From contig JABFGB010000013.1 of the NCBI GenBank assembly GCA_013112715.1, positions 74,599 to 138,598 on the forward strand: a DNA stretch of 64,000 bases. The letters run 5' to 3'. Below, piece after piece: positions 1 to 9,596 of the stretch. Made by a program: the position numbers and the translations under genes. Every line of letters begins with the position of its first letter. Position 1 is the first letter of the stretch. The notes below the pieces were generated by a model. It made no database searches, was not told where the DNA came from, and was given only the letters and a program-made list of their open reading frames with translations. The DNA comes from Chloroflexota bacterium. GTDB taxonomy: Bacteria > Chloroflexota > Anaerolineae > Aggregatilineales > J027.

Positions 1-1434
1 CAAAAAGAAACCGCCGACCACCGCGCCGGGGATATTTCCAATCCCGCCCAGAACAGCCGAAGTAAAGGCCTTTAGACCGTAGCTAAATCCGAAGAGGGGT
101 TTGACTTGTTCACCGCGAAAACCGAGCATGACCCCTGTTGCACCAGCTAGGGCCGCGCCGAGGACAAAGGTAATCACAATCACACGGTCAACATTTGCAC
201 CCATCAAAGCCGCAGTATTTTTGTCTTCCGCCACTGCTCGCATCGCCCGACCAAATTTGGTACGACGGACGATAAAAATCAGCAGTGCCATTAAACCGAA
301 TGCAAGCAGGGTCATCACTAGACCGACCTTACTAATCGGTACAATTCCAAATCGGCCTAAATCAAGGTCAATGGTAACAGGATCACTCAGCAGGCGGGGA
401 GCGCGATAGACACGCGGAATTGGCCCGAAGATCCGTAAGGCCACCTGCTGCAAGAAGATCGAAGCCCCAATCGCACTAATGAGGGGGGTCAAACGTGGGG
501 CATGGCGTAATGGCCGATAGGCGATGCGCTCTAGGACAATCACCGCCAAGACTGAGGTCAGCATCCCAATAGCTAGTACGAATAACAACCCGACAATCGT
601 AATCACCAATTCGTAAATGTGTGGTGCGGTCAAGCCTAAACCCAGCAGAGCACCATAGCCAACGGCGGCCCCCAATAAAATGCGAATGGGCAAACTGAGT
701 ATGGTCACACGCCAGCGCGGAGCCGCGACCACATCTTCTGCCGATGAGCGCTTGCGGAAACGGCCTGCAATATCTTCCAGTGGTAGGAACAGCAACACCA
801 CCCCCAGTGGGACAAGTACCGCCGCAACGGACGCCGCACCCGCTTCAAAGGAGCGCTCACCCCCATTGACCATAACCATCAGGCCGAGCCAACCGCCATA
901 CGCCCCTAGCATCATGATTTCGCCATGAGCAAAGTTTATCATGAAGAGGATGCCGTAAACCAACGTATAGCCTAATGCAATCAGGGCATAAATGCCGCCG
1001 CGTATAATGCCTGTTTGGAGTAATCCTAGCCAGATGTTGACCGGCAGGGGGTCGCCACGTACTACATTGGATACCCGGCTGGCGACGATGATAAATAAGA
1101 CCGCCCCAGCATAGTTGGTAATGAGTTTGCTGATTGGCTCATTGCTTTCAGATTGGGTGCGAAAATATAGGGCAATGGCAAAAATGATCGCCCCGGTAAT
1201 CGCATATACCGTGAGTGCAACACCCACGATTTTCTCAATATCCACCACCCATTGGTTTGGTGGATCACCCAAAAGTGTTGAAGTCTGAGCAATGACCCAG
1301 AGGATGCGTAGGATGGAAAAAATGGCGGCAAAACGGAAGTAGCGCCCTGCATAGGCGTCCACGTCAGCAGCCCCCATCTGTCGAAATTGCATCAATGGCG
1401 ACGAGAGGCGCTGCCCCTGACTCGGTTGTGCCAT
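1..1434 (-). CDS. livH: Branched-chain amino acid ABC transporter permease (LivH/HAAT family); 3' end runs off the left window edge
   Basis: Absent from the supplied ORF track because it has no in-window stop. Manual reverse-complement translation from the ATG at 1434 gives an uninterrupted 478-codon frame. It carries canonical LivH motifs: FAHGEIMMLGAY, ERIAYRPLR, LISAIGASIFLQ, FGRAMRAVAEDKNTAALMGANVDRVIVITFVLGAALAGATGVM and GLKAFTSAVLGGIGNIPGAVVGGF. It lies directly downstream of the Liv-type binding-protein gene. Confidence 0.85.
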   Translation of the reverse strand, partial: MAQPSQGQRLSSPLMQFRQMGAADVDAYAGRYFRFAAIFSILRILWVIAQTSTLLGDPPNQWVVDIEKIVGVALTVYAITGAIIFAIALYFRTQSESNEPISKLITNYAGAVLFIIVASRVSNVVRGDPLPVNIWLGLLQTGIIRGGIYALIALGYTLVYGILFMINFAHGEIMMLGAYGGWLGLMVMVNGGERSFEAGAASVAAVLVPLGVVLLFLPLEDIAGRFRKRSSAEDVVAAPRWRVTILSLPIRILLGAAVGYGALLGLGLTAPHIYELVITIVGLLFVLAIGMLTSVLAVIVLERIAYRPLRHAPRLTPLISAIGASIFLQQVALRIFGPIPRVYRAPRLLSDPVTIDLDLGRFGIVPISKVGLVMTLLAFGLMALLIFIVRRTKFGRAMRAVAEDKNTAALMGANVDRVIVITFVLGAALAGATGVMLGFRGEQVKPLFGFSYGLKAFTSAVLGGIGNIPGAVVGGFFL

Positions 1435-1499
1435 AAACAATATTCTCCGCAATAAGTCAAGCGTAAATTAAATTAGTTAATCCGAATAATTAGACCAAA

Positions 1500-1530
1500 A
1501 CAGGGGCGAGATTGCAAACCCCACCCCTGT
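1500..1530 (-). terminator. Weak intercistronic hairpin between the binding-protein and permease genes
   Basis: On the minus strand it reads ACAGGGG, a 17-nt loop, then CCCCTGT followed by TTTGG. It sits in the 127-nt gap between the SBP stop (1562) and the livH start (1434). The stem is short and the loop long, so this is tentative. Confidence 0.3.
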
Positions 1531-1561
1531 AGGTTTAGTTTAAATGGACAGATGTACCCGT

Positions 1562-3286
1562 CTATTCGGTTGGTGGCACCAGCACACCATCAATGATATG
1601 AACGACACCGTTGCCAGCCAGAATGTCGGCAGTGGTAACGGTATACATGCCGTTGATCGTGACGGTATCGCCATCAACGGCAATCGTCAATGGGGCACCA
1701 TTCACAGTGGTGACTTCACCAGCGGCAAGATCGGCAAGCGTCAGATTACCCGGTACAACATGATAGAGTAGGAGGCCAGATAGCAGCGTTGGGTCAGCCA
1801 GTGCTTGATTGACCAATTCCGCATTGGCAGCCATGAAGGTATTAAACGCTTCGTCGCTGGGCGCGAAAATGGTGAAGGGGCCTTCGCCAGTCAATGCGGC
1901 TACGGCATCAGCACCTGCCATCGGCAGAACACTCGCCAAAGTGGTCAAATTGGGTTGACCCGCAACAGCGTCTACCACAGTCGCATAATCACCAGCAGCG
2001 GCTTCACCACCATCACCTTCAGCACCATATTGCAGTTCGGCGGGTACTTCAACTGCTACCCACTCGCCCTCTTCAACCAAATTGACGCCAATTGTACCAG
2101 CCCCGCATTCACCGTTTTCAGGATTGCAGGATAGGGTACCTGTCAAGCCTGCGTAGTCAGTGGTGTTACGAATCGCCAAAATCAGTTCTTCACGATTGAT
2201 GACGAGGTTGCCATCAGCATCAACGGTTGCAACGGAGTCAATCGCGTTCATGATGATGCTGGCAGCATCATAGGCATGGGCATGGAAGGGGCCGAGTTCA
2301 TCGGGAGCAACGCCGAATTCGGTTTCATAGCGAGCTTTGAAGGCTTCCAGAGCGTCGGCATTGGCAAAGCTGGAGGTATCAACGAAGCTGGCATAGCTGC
2401 CATTGGCGGCTTCACCAGCGGCGTCAATATAGCCTTGCGTATAGGTGCCATCGTCGGAGAAGAAGATGGTGTCCGCCAGCCCAACTTCCTTCATTTGGGA
2501 GATCAGCAGAGCGGCTTGTTGTTCATAACCACCGAAGAAGAGCGCAGCGGGTGGTTCAGCGGCCAGCGGGGTGAGCACAGCGCGATAGTCTTGTTCGTCA
2601 GGATTGATAACGAGCAGTTCGCCGCCATTGGCAACGGTACCACCGAGAGCGGTGAATTCAGCGGCAACGATTTCGGATAGGCCTTTGCCATAGTCGGTGT
2701 TGTCGTGAACAACAGCCAGTGTGGTTGCGCCCAAAACGGTGTAGATGTAACGGGCATCAACGGTACCTTGCGCGGCGTCGGAGAATGCAACACGGTTAAA
2801 GGTGTCGTAGCCTTTTTCGGGCAAGAAAGCGGCAGTGGAGGAAGGTGACACGCTTGGGATACGGGCCTGAACGTAGACGTCAATCGCAGCACTGGTTGCA
2901 CCGGAACAAACATGACCGACGACGGCCACAACCTGCGGATCTGAAGCAAACAGGTTGGCAACGTTGGTCGCATCTTCACCCACGCAGCGGTCATCTTGTA
3001 CGTCCAACTCAACTTGGAAGCCTTGAATACCCTCTGCCTCATTCCGTTCCAAAACGGCGATACGGGCACCATTAGCAATGTCCTGACCGGGTTGCGGAAT
3101 CAAGTTGGAAAGGTCGGTTGCCAAACCAATCTTGATGGGTTCGCCCGCCGGTACGACCACCTGAGTGGCATCCGACTGGAACTGAATAGACTTGCTGGTA
3201 TTGCTGATGTTGGCATACGCAGGCGTTACCATTACTAGTAAAGCCAGCAGTACCGCCACAAAACGGAAACGCTTTGAAGAAAACAT
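1562..3286 (-). CDS. Leu/Ile/Val-type (type I periplasmic binding fold) ABC substrate-binding protein with a C-terminal fasciclin (FAS1) domain
   Basis: 574 aa. The signal peptide MFSSKRFRFVAVLLALLVMVTPAYA has no lipobox Cys. The body resembles LivJ/K-type binding proteins (IKIGLATDLS, GVVGHVCSGAT, ALFFGGYEQQAALL). The last ~135 aa are a FAS1 domain (FTIFAPSDEAFNTF, LLYHVVPGNLTLADL, VVHIIDGVLVPP). A GGAGGT SD precedes the ATG. Confidence 0.85.
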   Translation of the reverse strand: MFSSKRFRFVAVLLALLVMVTPAYANISNTSKSIQFQSDATQVVVPAGEPIKIGLATDLSNLIPQPGQDIANGARIAVLERNEAEGIQGFQVELDVQDDRCVGEDATNVANLFASDPQVVAVVGHVCSGATSAAIDVYVQARIPSVSPSSTAAFLPEKGYDTFNRVAFSDAAQGTVDARYIYTVLGATTLAVVHDNTDYGKGLSEIVAAEFTALGGTVANGGELLVINPDEQDYRAVLTPLAAEPPAALFFGGYEQQAALLISQMKEVGLADTIFFSDDGTYTQGYIDAAGEAANGSYASFVDTSSFANADALEAFKARYETEFGVAPDELGPFHAHAYDAASIIMNAIDSVATVDADGNLVINREELILAIRNTTDYAGLTGTLSCNPENGECGAGTIGVNLVEEGEWVAVEVPAELQYGAEGDGGEAAAGDYATVVDAVAGQPNLTTLASVLPMAGADAVAALTGEGPFTIFAPSDEAFNTFMAANAELVNQALADPTLLSGLLLYHVVPGNLTLADLAAGEVTTVNGAPLTIAVDGDTVTINGMYTVTTADILAGNGVVHIIDGVLVPPTE

Positions 3287-3543
3287 AATTTAAATTACCT
3301 CCACGCATGGAACGCTTAAGGTTTATCTTAACAGGATACGGCGCTTTGACGAAAAATGTAAACTCGCCAGAGCATGGGGTAATTATTATCCAGATGGCCG
3401 CCGATTTGTCAAAAATTCTTGCCGAATTCTTATTTATTCTTCCTGAATAATTCAAGATTGCGGTTGGCAAAAAGGTTGAATCAGTTTTAAACTTAGCAGT
3501 GTTGATCATGTTTATTTGTAGAACTTATTTGGAGAGCCGCCCC

Positions 3544-4641
3544 ATGTCCACCGTTTGGCCCTTACCCAAAGTGACCTATACCCCCCTCAATATGACCACT
3601 GAGACTCGTCCAGTGGCTCTATTAACTTCTGAAACGGCATGGACAAATTTTGGCAACCTTTTAAATCTGCCCCTTGTGGTTCAGGCTGAACCGACAAGCA
3701 ATGACCGCGATCTGTTGGACTATCTAGCCGATCATCTGCCCTCACAAACAGGGGTGATTTATGTTTTAGGACAAGGTATACCCTTGACGGCTGGCAAGCT
3801 TGTAGCCAATAAAAATAAGCTGCCATTGGTGGTCGTTCCTACCGCTATCAGCAGCGATGAAATTTTTGAGCCGCATGTCACCCTGCCCGCCGAAGGTTTA
3901 ATGCACCGTCTCGAAGTTGGCCCCGCCTCAGAAGTGATTATTGATTGGAGTGTGATTGAAGCCGCCCCAGCCTATGAACGCGCTGCCGGGATTGTGGATG
4001 TAGTAGCAATTGTGACGGCTTTGCTCGACTGGCGTTATGCTGCCAAACTCAACCGCAACACGCCTGAACAGCAGTTTTCACAATGGGGTGCAGGTGTTGC
4101 TGCCGGACTCGCTACCCAAGCGATCAAGAGTGCCAAAGAAATTGGTGAGGGCAAGATTGAGGCCCTACGAACCTTAGTGGATTTGCTCATGATGTCAGTA
4201 CAATTGGCAAATCAACTCGGCCATGATCGCCATGAGGAAGGCACGGAACATTATCTTGCCTTTTCGATGGGCAATCAGGGCGCGAAATTCGATCATGCCG
4301 AAGTTGTCGGGCCGGGGATTTTGTTTGCCTCGGCCTTGCATGGACAAGACCCCTCTGCGCTGCGTGATGCACTCATGACGAGCGGGGTGCGCCTTGACCA
4401 ACTACGATTTGGCGATGTGCGGTTGGCGATTAATGACCTACCCAATTTCTGCAACAACAATAACTTGCCATTCGGCATCGGGCATGAAATTGACCCCTTC
4501 TCCGAGCGGGTGACAAAGGCGTTGGAAAAGGCGGGTCTGGTGGATCAGACCCCTACAGCGTGGCAGGCTGTCCCTACTATTGTTGAACCTGCCGCCCCAA
4601 CCTCCGATACCACTCCCTTAGCGCCTCCGTCAATGGGCTAG
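3544..4641 (+). CDS. Iron-containing alcohol dehydrogenase / glycerol-1-phosphate dehydrogenase-like family protein (divergent)
   Basis: The ORF track gives 3499..4641. I prefer the ATG at 3544, which follows a GGAGAG SD. Family-level resemblance includes VIYVLGQGIPLTAGKL, LPLVVVPTAISSDE and the His-rich HEEGTEHYLAFSM. The canonical GGG nucleotide loop reads GQG. Confidence 0.5.
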   Translation: MSTVWPLPKVTYTPLNMTTETRPVALLTSETAWTNFGNLLNLPLVVQAEPTSNDRDLLDYLADHLPSQTGVIYVLGQGIPLTAGKLVANKNKLPLVVVPTAISSDEIFEPHVTLPAEGLMHRLEVGPASEVIIDWSVIEAAPAYERAAGIVDVVAIVTALLDWRYAAKLNRNTPEQQFSQWGAGVAAGLATQAIKSAKEIGEGKIEALRTLVDLLMMSVQLANQLGHDRHEEGTEHYLAFSMGNQGAKFDHAEVVGPGILFASALHGQDPSALRDALMTSGVRLDQLRFGDVRLAINDLPNFCNNNNLPFGIGHEIDPFSERVTKALEKAGLVDQTPTAWQAVPTIVEPAAPTSDTTPLAPPSMG

Positions 4642-4657
4642 GAATCGAGCAGCGAGG

Positions 4658-5689
4658 TTAACGCCGCCCCCGCCCAATATTGAGGGCATCCACCAACATC
4701 CCATAGGCGGTGGTTGTGGGGCTGCTGTTTCCTTCAATGAGGGTGATATTTGGCAGGACATCGGTCTCAAACGTCACCGCCGAGGCTGTCTGTGTAATAT
4801 TTGCCAGCGGATCAGTTAAAGGTAGCGGGATTGGCCGCACTGAAGTTTTGACTTTATCGCCTTCGCGCACTGCTTCACATACCAACTTGATATGTTTGCC
4901 CGCTTTTACCGCCACCTGTGCATCCTGCGCCGTAACGTTGCGAATACCCGTTCGGTCAACATCGCTAGGCCGCAAATCCGCCCCCATCACCACATTTGCC
5001 AAAATTGTGATTTTGACGGACGCATCCCAGCCATCAATGTCATTACTAGGGTCAGTTTCAGCAAGGCCCGCCCGCTGCATTTCAGCGACTGCTTCTTCAA
5101 AGGATGTGCCCTCTTCCAGCCGAGTCAACACCGAATTGGTGGTGCTGTTTAGGATGCCACGTATCCGGTTGGTTTGCAGCCCTAACATGCCTTCTCGCGC
5201 AATTGAATGGAGGGGCATCCCATCCATGACCGTGCTTTCAAAAAAGAACCCTAGCCCTTTGGCTTGAGCCAATGCTTTTAATTCCCGATAGCCAAACGCG
5301 ACAGGCCCTTTGTTGGCGGTAACGACATGCTTACCTGCATTCAACGCCGCCCGCACATAATCCAGCGCGGGTTGTCCAGTGCGAGGATCAAGCACGGTGG
5401 CTTCCAAGATGATGTCGGCGGGCGCTTGCTGGATAAACGCGAATGTGTCTGCCACAGACTCCCCGACATGCAGCGTATTGAGCGATTGACCGGACTTCAC
5501 CAATTGCAATGCCGCTGCCAAATCAATGCCAGCCGGATTGATCGCCATCCCCTTGCTGTTGGTAGCAATGCCTACCACCTTGAGTTCAGTGTCGAGGGTC
5601 TGTTTGAGGTAATCCTGTTTACGCAGCAATAGCTCTGCAAAGGCTTTTAACACATTCCCAAAGCCGAGTAGGGCAATTTTATGTTCCAC
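4658..5689 (-). CDS. hom: Homoserine dehydrogenase (no ACT domain)
   Basis: 343 aa. The N-terminal Rossmann motif is IALLGFGNV. The catalytic region VVTANKGPVAFGYRELKALAQAKGLGFFFESTVMDGMPL is typical of Hom. Confidence 0.8.
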   Translation of the reverse strand: MEHKIALLGFGNVLKAFAELLLRKQDYLKQTLDTELKVVGIATNSKGMAINPAGIDLAAALQLVKSGQSLNTLHVGESVADTFAFIQQAPADIILEATVLDPRTGQPALDYVRAALNAGKHVVTANKGPVAFGYRELKALAQAKGLGFFFESTVMDGMPLHSIAREGMLGLQTNRIRGILNSTTNSVLTRLEEGTSFEEAVAEMQRAGLAETDPSNDIDGWDASVKITILANVVMGADLRPSDVDRTGIRNVTAQDAQVAVKAGKHIKLVCEAVREGDKVKTSVRPIPLPLTDPLANITQTASAVTFETDVLPNITLIEGNSSPTTTAYGMLVDALNIGRGRR

Positions 5690-5700
5690 TCAATGACTCC

Positions 5701-6003
5701 TTAAATGGTCTCAGGGAGTGATTCCCCCTGATAGGCCAAAATGATCTGCTTACGGGGTATACCCCTTTGAATAAGGGCATTTATGAGCGGTTTATCCGTA
5801 GTATCGGATTCGATCACCACAAAATCACCAGTGACGCGGGCCATCACGACTGCTCTAGCGGGTTCATTGGCAGGTGGTTTACCGATACTAATTACTGTGT
5901 AAACCTGACGGGCTTCATCATTTACAACCTGTAGAGTCGCATTTAGGGAAGGGCCTGCATACTGTTCAGTCTCTTCTCGGACTATATCGGTCAGTTTTTC
6001 CAT
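5701..6003 (-). CDS. xisI: XisI family protein (fdxN element excision controlling factor-like)
   Basis: 100 aa. The C-terminal IESDTTDKPLINALIQRGIPRKQIILAYQG matches the characteristic XisI tail (tE..ia.eLv..GvPk.dIVLAFh). It overlaps xisH by 13 nt. Confidence 0.7.
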   Translation of the reverse strand: MEKLTDIVREETEQYAGPSLNATLQVVNDEARQVYTVISIGKPPANEPARAVVMARVTGDFVVIESDTTDKPLINALIQRGIPRKQIILAYQGESLPETI

Positions 6004-6395
6004 TCAACTACCTCCGCTAACTCTACATCAATCAACAGGAGTTTAATCTCCATATTGCTGATAACAAGTTGCCCAAGTGGTTCACTTAGGATTCCTTCAT
6101 ATGCTTCAAGAGAGACTGCCAAATAAATCGGCAGGTTCAGACCGAGTTTCTTTATCGCAGCGCGATAGACGCTATACTGACCTACAGCTTCCATTAGATG
6201 GTGAACAGCGGAGTAATCGCTATCAAAAACCTTGATTTCAACAACTATCTGCCGACCATCGTCTTGCCAAGCTAATATATCTGGATAAAGGTCACGCTCC
6301 CCAATACGGATATTGAGTGGTTTATTAGATGCGTGCCAACCTGCCTGACGGAGAGCATGAACAATTTCCCGATGATAACGGTCTTTGGCAGGCAT
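5991..6395 (-). CDS. xisH: XisH family protein (endonuclease-like fold)
   Basis: The ORF track gives 5991..6437. I prefer the internal start MPAKDRYH (ATG at 6395), because XisH proteins begin MPAKD and this start removes the overlap with lipA. EIKVF, GQYSVYR, IYLAVS and VVEWKN all match the XisH pattern. Confidence 0.75.
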   Translation of the reverse strand: MPAKDRYHREIVHALRQAGWHASNKPLNIRIGERDLYPDILAWQDDGRQIVVEIKVFDSDYSAVHHLMEAVGQYSVYRAAIKKLGLNLPIYLAVSLEAYEGILSEPLGQLVISNMEIKLLLIDVELAEVVEWKN

Positions 6396-6411
6396 GGAGA
6401 GTCGATTTGAC

Positions 6412-7413
6412 CTAATTCCCGCTGCGAACATGAACAAAATTCAGCTTCGACAATTCCCGCACTTGCTGATCGGCATGATAGCTGCTGCGTACCAATGGGC
6501 CGGATTCCACCCACTTAAAGCCCAACTCAAGGCCGATACGCTTCAATTCGTCAAATTCGGTAGGCTCATAATAGCGGTCAATGGGCAGGTGCAATCGGCT
6601 TGGCTGCAAATATTGACCCAGTGTCAAAATATCCACTTTCAGTTCCGCCAGATCGCGCATGACCTCGACCACTTCATCAAAGGTTTCACCCAAGCCCAAC
6701 ATAATGCCTGTCTTGGTCAGTACCAGTGAATCCATTGCCTTTGCATTTCGCAGGGTGGTTAGTGCCCATTCATATTTATCCTGTGGCTGCACTTTCTTAA
6801 ACAGGCGCGGCACGGTCTCGACATTATGGTTCAAAATTTCTGGCTGGGCTTCCATCACAATGCTGAGGGCATCTTTATTGCCCTTAAAATCCGGAATCAA
6901 CACTTCAATACTGCACCCCGGCTGTAATTGACGGATACGTCGGATGACCATCGCAAAAATCGGCGCACCCCCGTCGGCGCGTTCATCGCGGTTGACACTC
7001 GTAATCACCACATGCCGCAGATTCATTTGTTTGACGGCTTGGGCCACCCGCATTGGCTCCATCCAGTCCATTTCCTGTGGCATTCCGGTCTTGATATCGC
7101 AGAAGCCGCACGAACGGGTACAGGTATCGCCGAGCATCAAAAAGGTCGCTGTGCCGCTGCCCCAACATTCGCCCAAATTGGGACACATGGCCTCTTCACA
7201 GACAGTATGCAGCGTTTTGCTCCGCATCTGAGATTTGACAAATTCATAGGTGTCGCCACCGGGGGCACGCACTTTTATCCAAGAGGGCCGCCGACCTGCC
7301 ACAACCCCTTCCGGATTATGCCGTTTGCTGCCCCGCACCCCATGACGTGGGTTATCCGATGGTGATGAATCGCTCAGAACGGGTATATCTTGGGGGTTAA
7401 TCACATCAGCCAC
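6412..7413 (-). CDS. lipA: Lipoyl synthase
   Basis: 333 aa. It has the auxiliary-cluster motif [12 protein letters not shown] and the radical-SAM motif [10 protein letters not shown]. Confidence 0.95.
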   Translation of the reverse strand: MADVINPQDIPVLSDSSPSDNPRHGVRGSKRHNPEGVVAGRRPSWIKVRAPGGDTYEFVKSQMRSKTLHTVCEEAMCPNLGECWGSGTATFLMLGDTCTRSCGFCDIKTGMPQEMDWMEPMRVAQAVKQMNLRHVVITSVNRDERADGGAPIFAMVIRRIRQLQPGCSIEVLIPDFKGNKDALSIVMEAQPEILNHNVETVPRLFKKVQPQDKYEWALTTLRNAKAMDSLVLTKTGIMLGLGETFDEVVEVMRDLAELKVDILTLGQYLQPSRLHLPIDRYYEPTEFDELKRIGLELGFKWVESGPLVRSSYHADQQVRELSKLNFVHVRSGN

Positions 7414-7458
7414 GTTACACTTCCTTGTTTAGCCTTGATGATAAAATATTATACCCTG

Positions 7459-8166
7459 TCAAAAAGTGGCATCGGCATAAACTTGGCGCGATCCCGTATC
7501 CACAAAACCCAAACCCTCGGCCAATTCACGCGAGGAGTCATTGCGTGTTTCCACTAAGTACAAAGGGACACGGCCTTCCCGTAAAATTTGCTCAACCAAT
7601 GCCGCCACAACGCTTTTACCATACCCACGTTCGCGTACCGCCGGGTCGGTATTGACATAAATCTCGGCAAAACCGGGACTCTGCCAATTGACCCCCGCCA
7701 CTGACACAACCTGCCCATTCCCCGCCACAATTTCCATGCGTGGTGTGCCATTGGCGGCTTTTTTGCGTTGGACAAGCACATTCATGGTCGGACTAAAGCG
7801 AGTCACATCCAAGCGATAAATGCTGAATATTTTCTGATTTTCAAGGGTTAGGCTGTCCCCCACGATGGGAATTTGATTCATACTGGCGAAAAAAATATAG
7901 GGGCGACCCGGTACAAGGGCTTGCTGTAACAATTCGCGTGCGACTTCGGTGGCCTTGCAGCGTATCGTGACAAGGGGGCGGAACAAATCCTGCCCAGTTT
8001 GAAATCGCCCCACAAAACCCTGTACGGCCCCGGAGCCATTCACCGAAGTGAAAAGCGCCGAACGTGCCGGATCATGAAACAGCGCATAATAGGCCGTTGG
8101 CGCATCGGCTGGGTTGGCGTCGTCCAACAATTGTCGGACATGCTGGCGTTGAATGCTTAGGGACAT
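7459..8166 (-). CDS. GNAT family N-acetyltransferase
   Basis: 235 aa. The C-terminal acetyl-CoA pocket is VRERGYGKSVVAALVEQILREG followed by ELAEGLGFV. Confidence 0.65.
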   Translation of the reverse strand: MSLSIQRQHVRQLLDDANPADAPTAYYALFHDPARSALFTSVNGSGAVQGFVGRFQTGQDLFRPLVTIRCKATEVARELLQQALVPGRPYIFFASMNQIPIVGDSLTLENQKIFSIYRLDVTRFSPTMNVLVQRKKAANGTPRMEIVAGNGQVVSVAGVNWQSPGFAEIYVNTDPAVRERGYGKSVVAALVEQILREGRVPLYLVETRNDSSRELAEGLGFVDTGSRQVYADATF

Positions 8167-8178
8167 TGCGTTCTATGA

Positions 8179-9510
8179 TTATGGATTCAAGCGGTGCAGC
8201 ATACGCGCATACGGAATCGTTTCGCGGATATGCGGTAAACCACAAATCCATGCGACGGTGCGCTCCACCCCCAAGCCAAATCCAGCGTGTGGCACGCTTC
8301 CATAACGGCGCAAATCCAGATACCATCGATAATTTTCGGGGTTAATGCCGATTTCTTTGACCCGTTCCGTCAGCAGGGCATGGTCATAAATGCGTTCACT
8401 ACCGCCTGTAATTTCGCCATACCCTTCTGGTGCGAGTAGGTCAACACTGCGGCATACTTCCTTACGCCCCGCAACGGGTTGCATATAAAAGGCTTTGACG
8501 GCGGTGGGGTAGTGATAGACAAAGACCGGACGATCAAAGCGTTCGGCGATGGCGGTTTCATGCGGGCTGCCAAAATCGGTGCCCCATTCCATATGCAGGA
8601 GTTGTTTTTGTTCGGCATCGGTGGTTTCGGCTTCGAGTTGTTTCAGCATCTCGACGGCATCATCATAGGCAATGCGTGGGAACGGCGCTTTGACATTTTG
8701 CAATTTGGTCGTATCACGCTCAATCAGGGCCAGTTCCAATTTACGGGTTTCGAGGACGGTCTGCACGATATAGCTGACAAATTCCTCTTCCATTGCCATC
8801 AAGTCTTCCAGCGAGAAATAAGCCATTTCCGGCTCAACCATCCAAAATTCAATCAAATGGCGGCGCGTTTTGGATTTCTCGGCACGGAAGGTCGGCCCAA
8901 AGGCATACACCTTACCAAACGACATCATATTGGCTTCGTTATAAAGCTGACCCGTTTGGGCGAGATAGGCGGGGGTTCCAAAATAGTCCAATTCAAACAG
9001 ATCAGTGGAATTCTCGCCTGCGTTGCTGGACAAAATGGGCGTATCTACCAACGTGTATCCATGATTATCCAGCCAATCCCGAATCGCCTTGATGACGGTG
9101 GCACGGATACGCAAAATGGCCCATTGGCGAGAGGAACGCACCCATAGGTGGCGGTTGTCCATCAAAAATTCAACGCCATGTTCCTTTGGGGTGATCGGAT
9201 AGTCCTCAGCCATCTGCACGATTTCAAGATTTTTGATACCGATTTCGTATCCACCGGGGAAGCCGGGGGCGCGTTCATCCTTGCGGACGATCCCGGTCAC
9301 AATCAGCGAGGATTCTTGGGGGATACGCTTGGCGATGTCAAAGACCTCTTCCGACAAATCGGCTTGGAAGGCCACACATTGAATCAAGCCGCTGCCGTCA
9401 CGTACTTTCAGAAATAACAGCTTGCCTTTGCCTGTTTTGTTATACAGCCAGCCTTTAAGGGTCACTTCCTGCCCTTCATAGCCAGCAATGTTTTCGATTA
9501 GAACAGTCAC
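8179..9510 (-). CDS. asnS: Asparagine--tRNA ligase (Thermus/archaeal-type, ~440 aa)
   Basis: 443 aa. It has class II motifs and the AsnRS signature FRAEKSKTRRHLIEFWMVEPEMAY, then GYGEITGGSERI and GSVPHAGFGLGVERTVAWICG. Confidence 0.9.
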   Translation of the reverse strand: MTVLIENIAGYEGQEVTLKGWLYNKTGKGKLLFLKVRDGSGLIQCVAFQADLSEEVFDIAKRIPQESSLIVTGIVRKDERAPGFPGGYEIGIKNLEIVQMAEDYPITPKEHGVEFLMDNRHLWVRSSRQWAILRIRATVIKAIRDWLDNHGYTLVDTPILSSNAGENSTDLFELDYFGTPAYLAQTGQLYNEANMMSFGKVYAFGPTFRAEKSKTRRHLIEFWMVEPEMAYFSLEDLMAMEEEFVSYIVQTVLETRKLELALIERDTTKLQNVKAPFPRIAYDDAVEMLKQLEAETTDAEQKQLLHMEWGTDFGSPHETAIAERFDRPVFVYHYPTAVKAFYMQPVAGRKEVCRSVDLLAPEGYGEITGGSERIYDHALLTERVKEIGINPENYRWYLDLRRYGSVPHAGFGLGVERTVAWICGLPHIRETIPYARMLHRLNP

Positions 9511-9596
9511 GTCAAAAAATCCTTTGTAGACTGGGTAAATGATGGTATTCTAACTTTCCGCCGTAAGAGGGTCAAGTTCTACCCGCTCTTCAAATC

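Noticed and set aside
101-928. Plus-strand ORFs 101..409 and 680..928 from the six-frame track
   Set aside because: They lie antisense to the strongly supported livH reading frame. They are Arg/Ser/Thr/Pro-rich shadow frames with no recognisable motifs.
1805-3238. Multiple 60-190-aa ORFs in other frames inside the binding-protein gene (for example 2276..2680 + and 2503..3078 -)
   Set aside because: All are nested in the 574-aa SBP-FAS1 gene. Their compositions are typical of off-frame translation of a GC-biased gene, and they have no start context.
8479-9147. 222-aa plus-strand ORF antisense to asnS
   Set aside because: It lies entirely within asnS, which has unambiguous class II synthetase motifs. 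The antisense product has no recognisable features.
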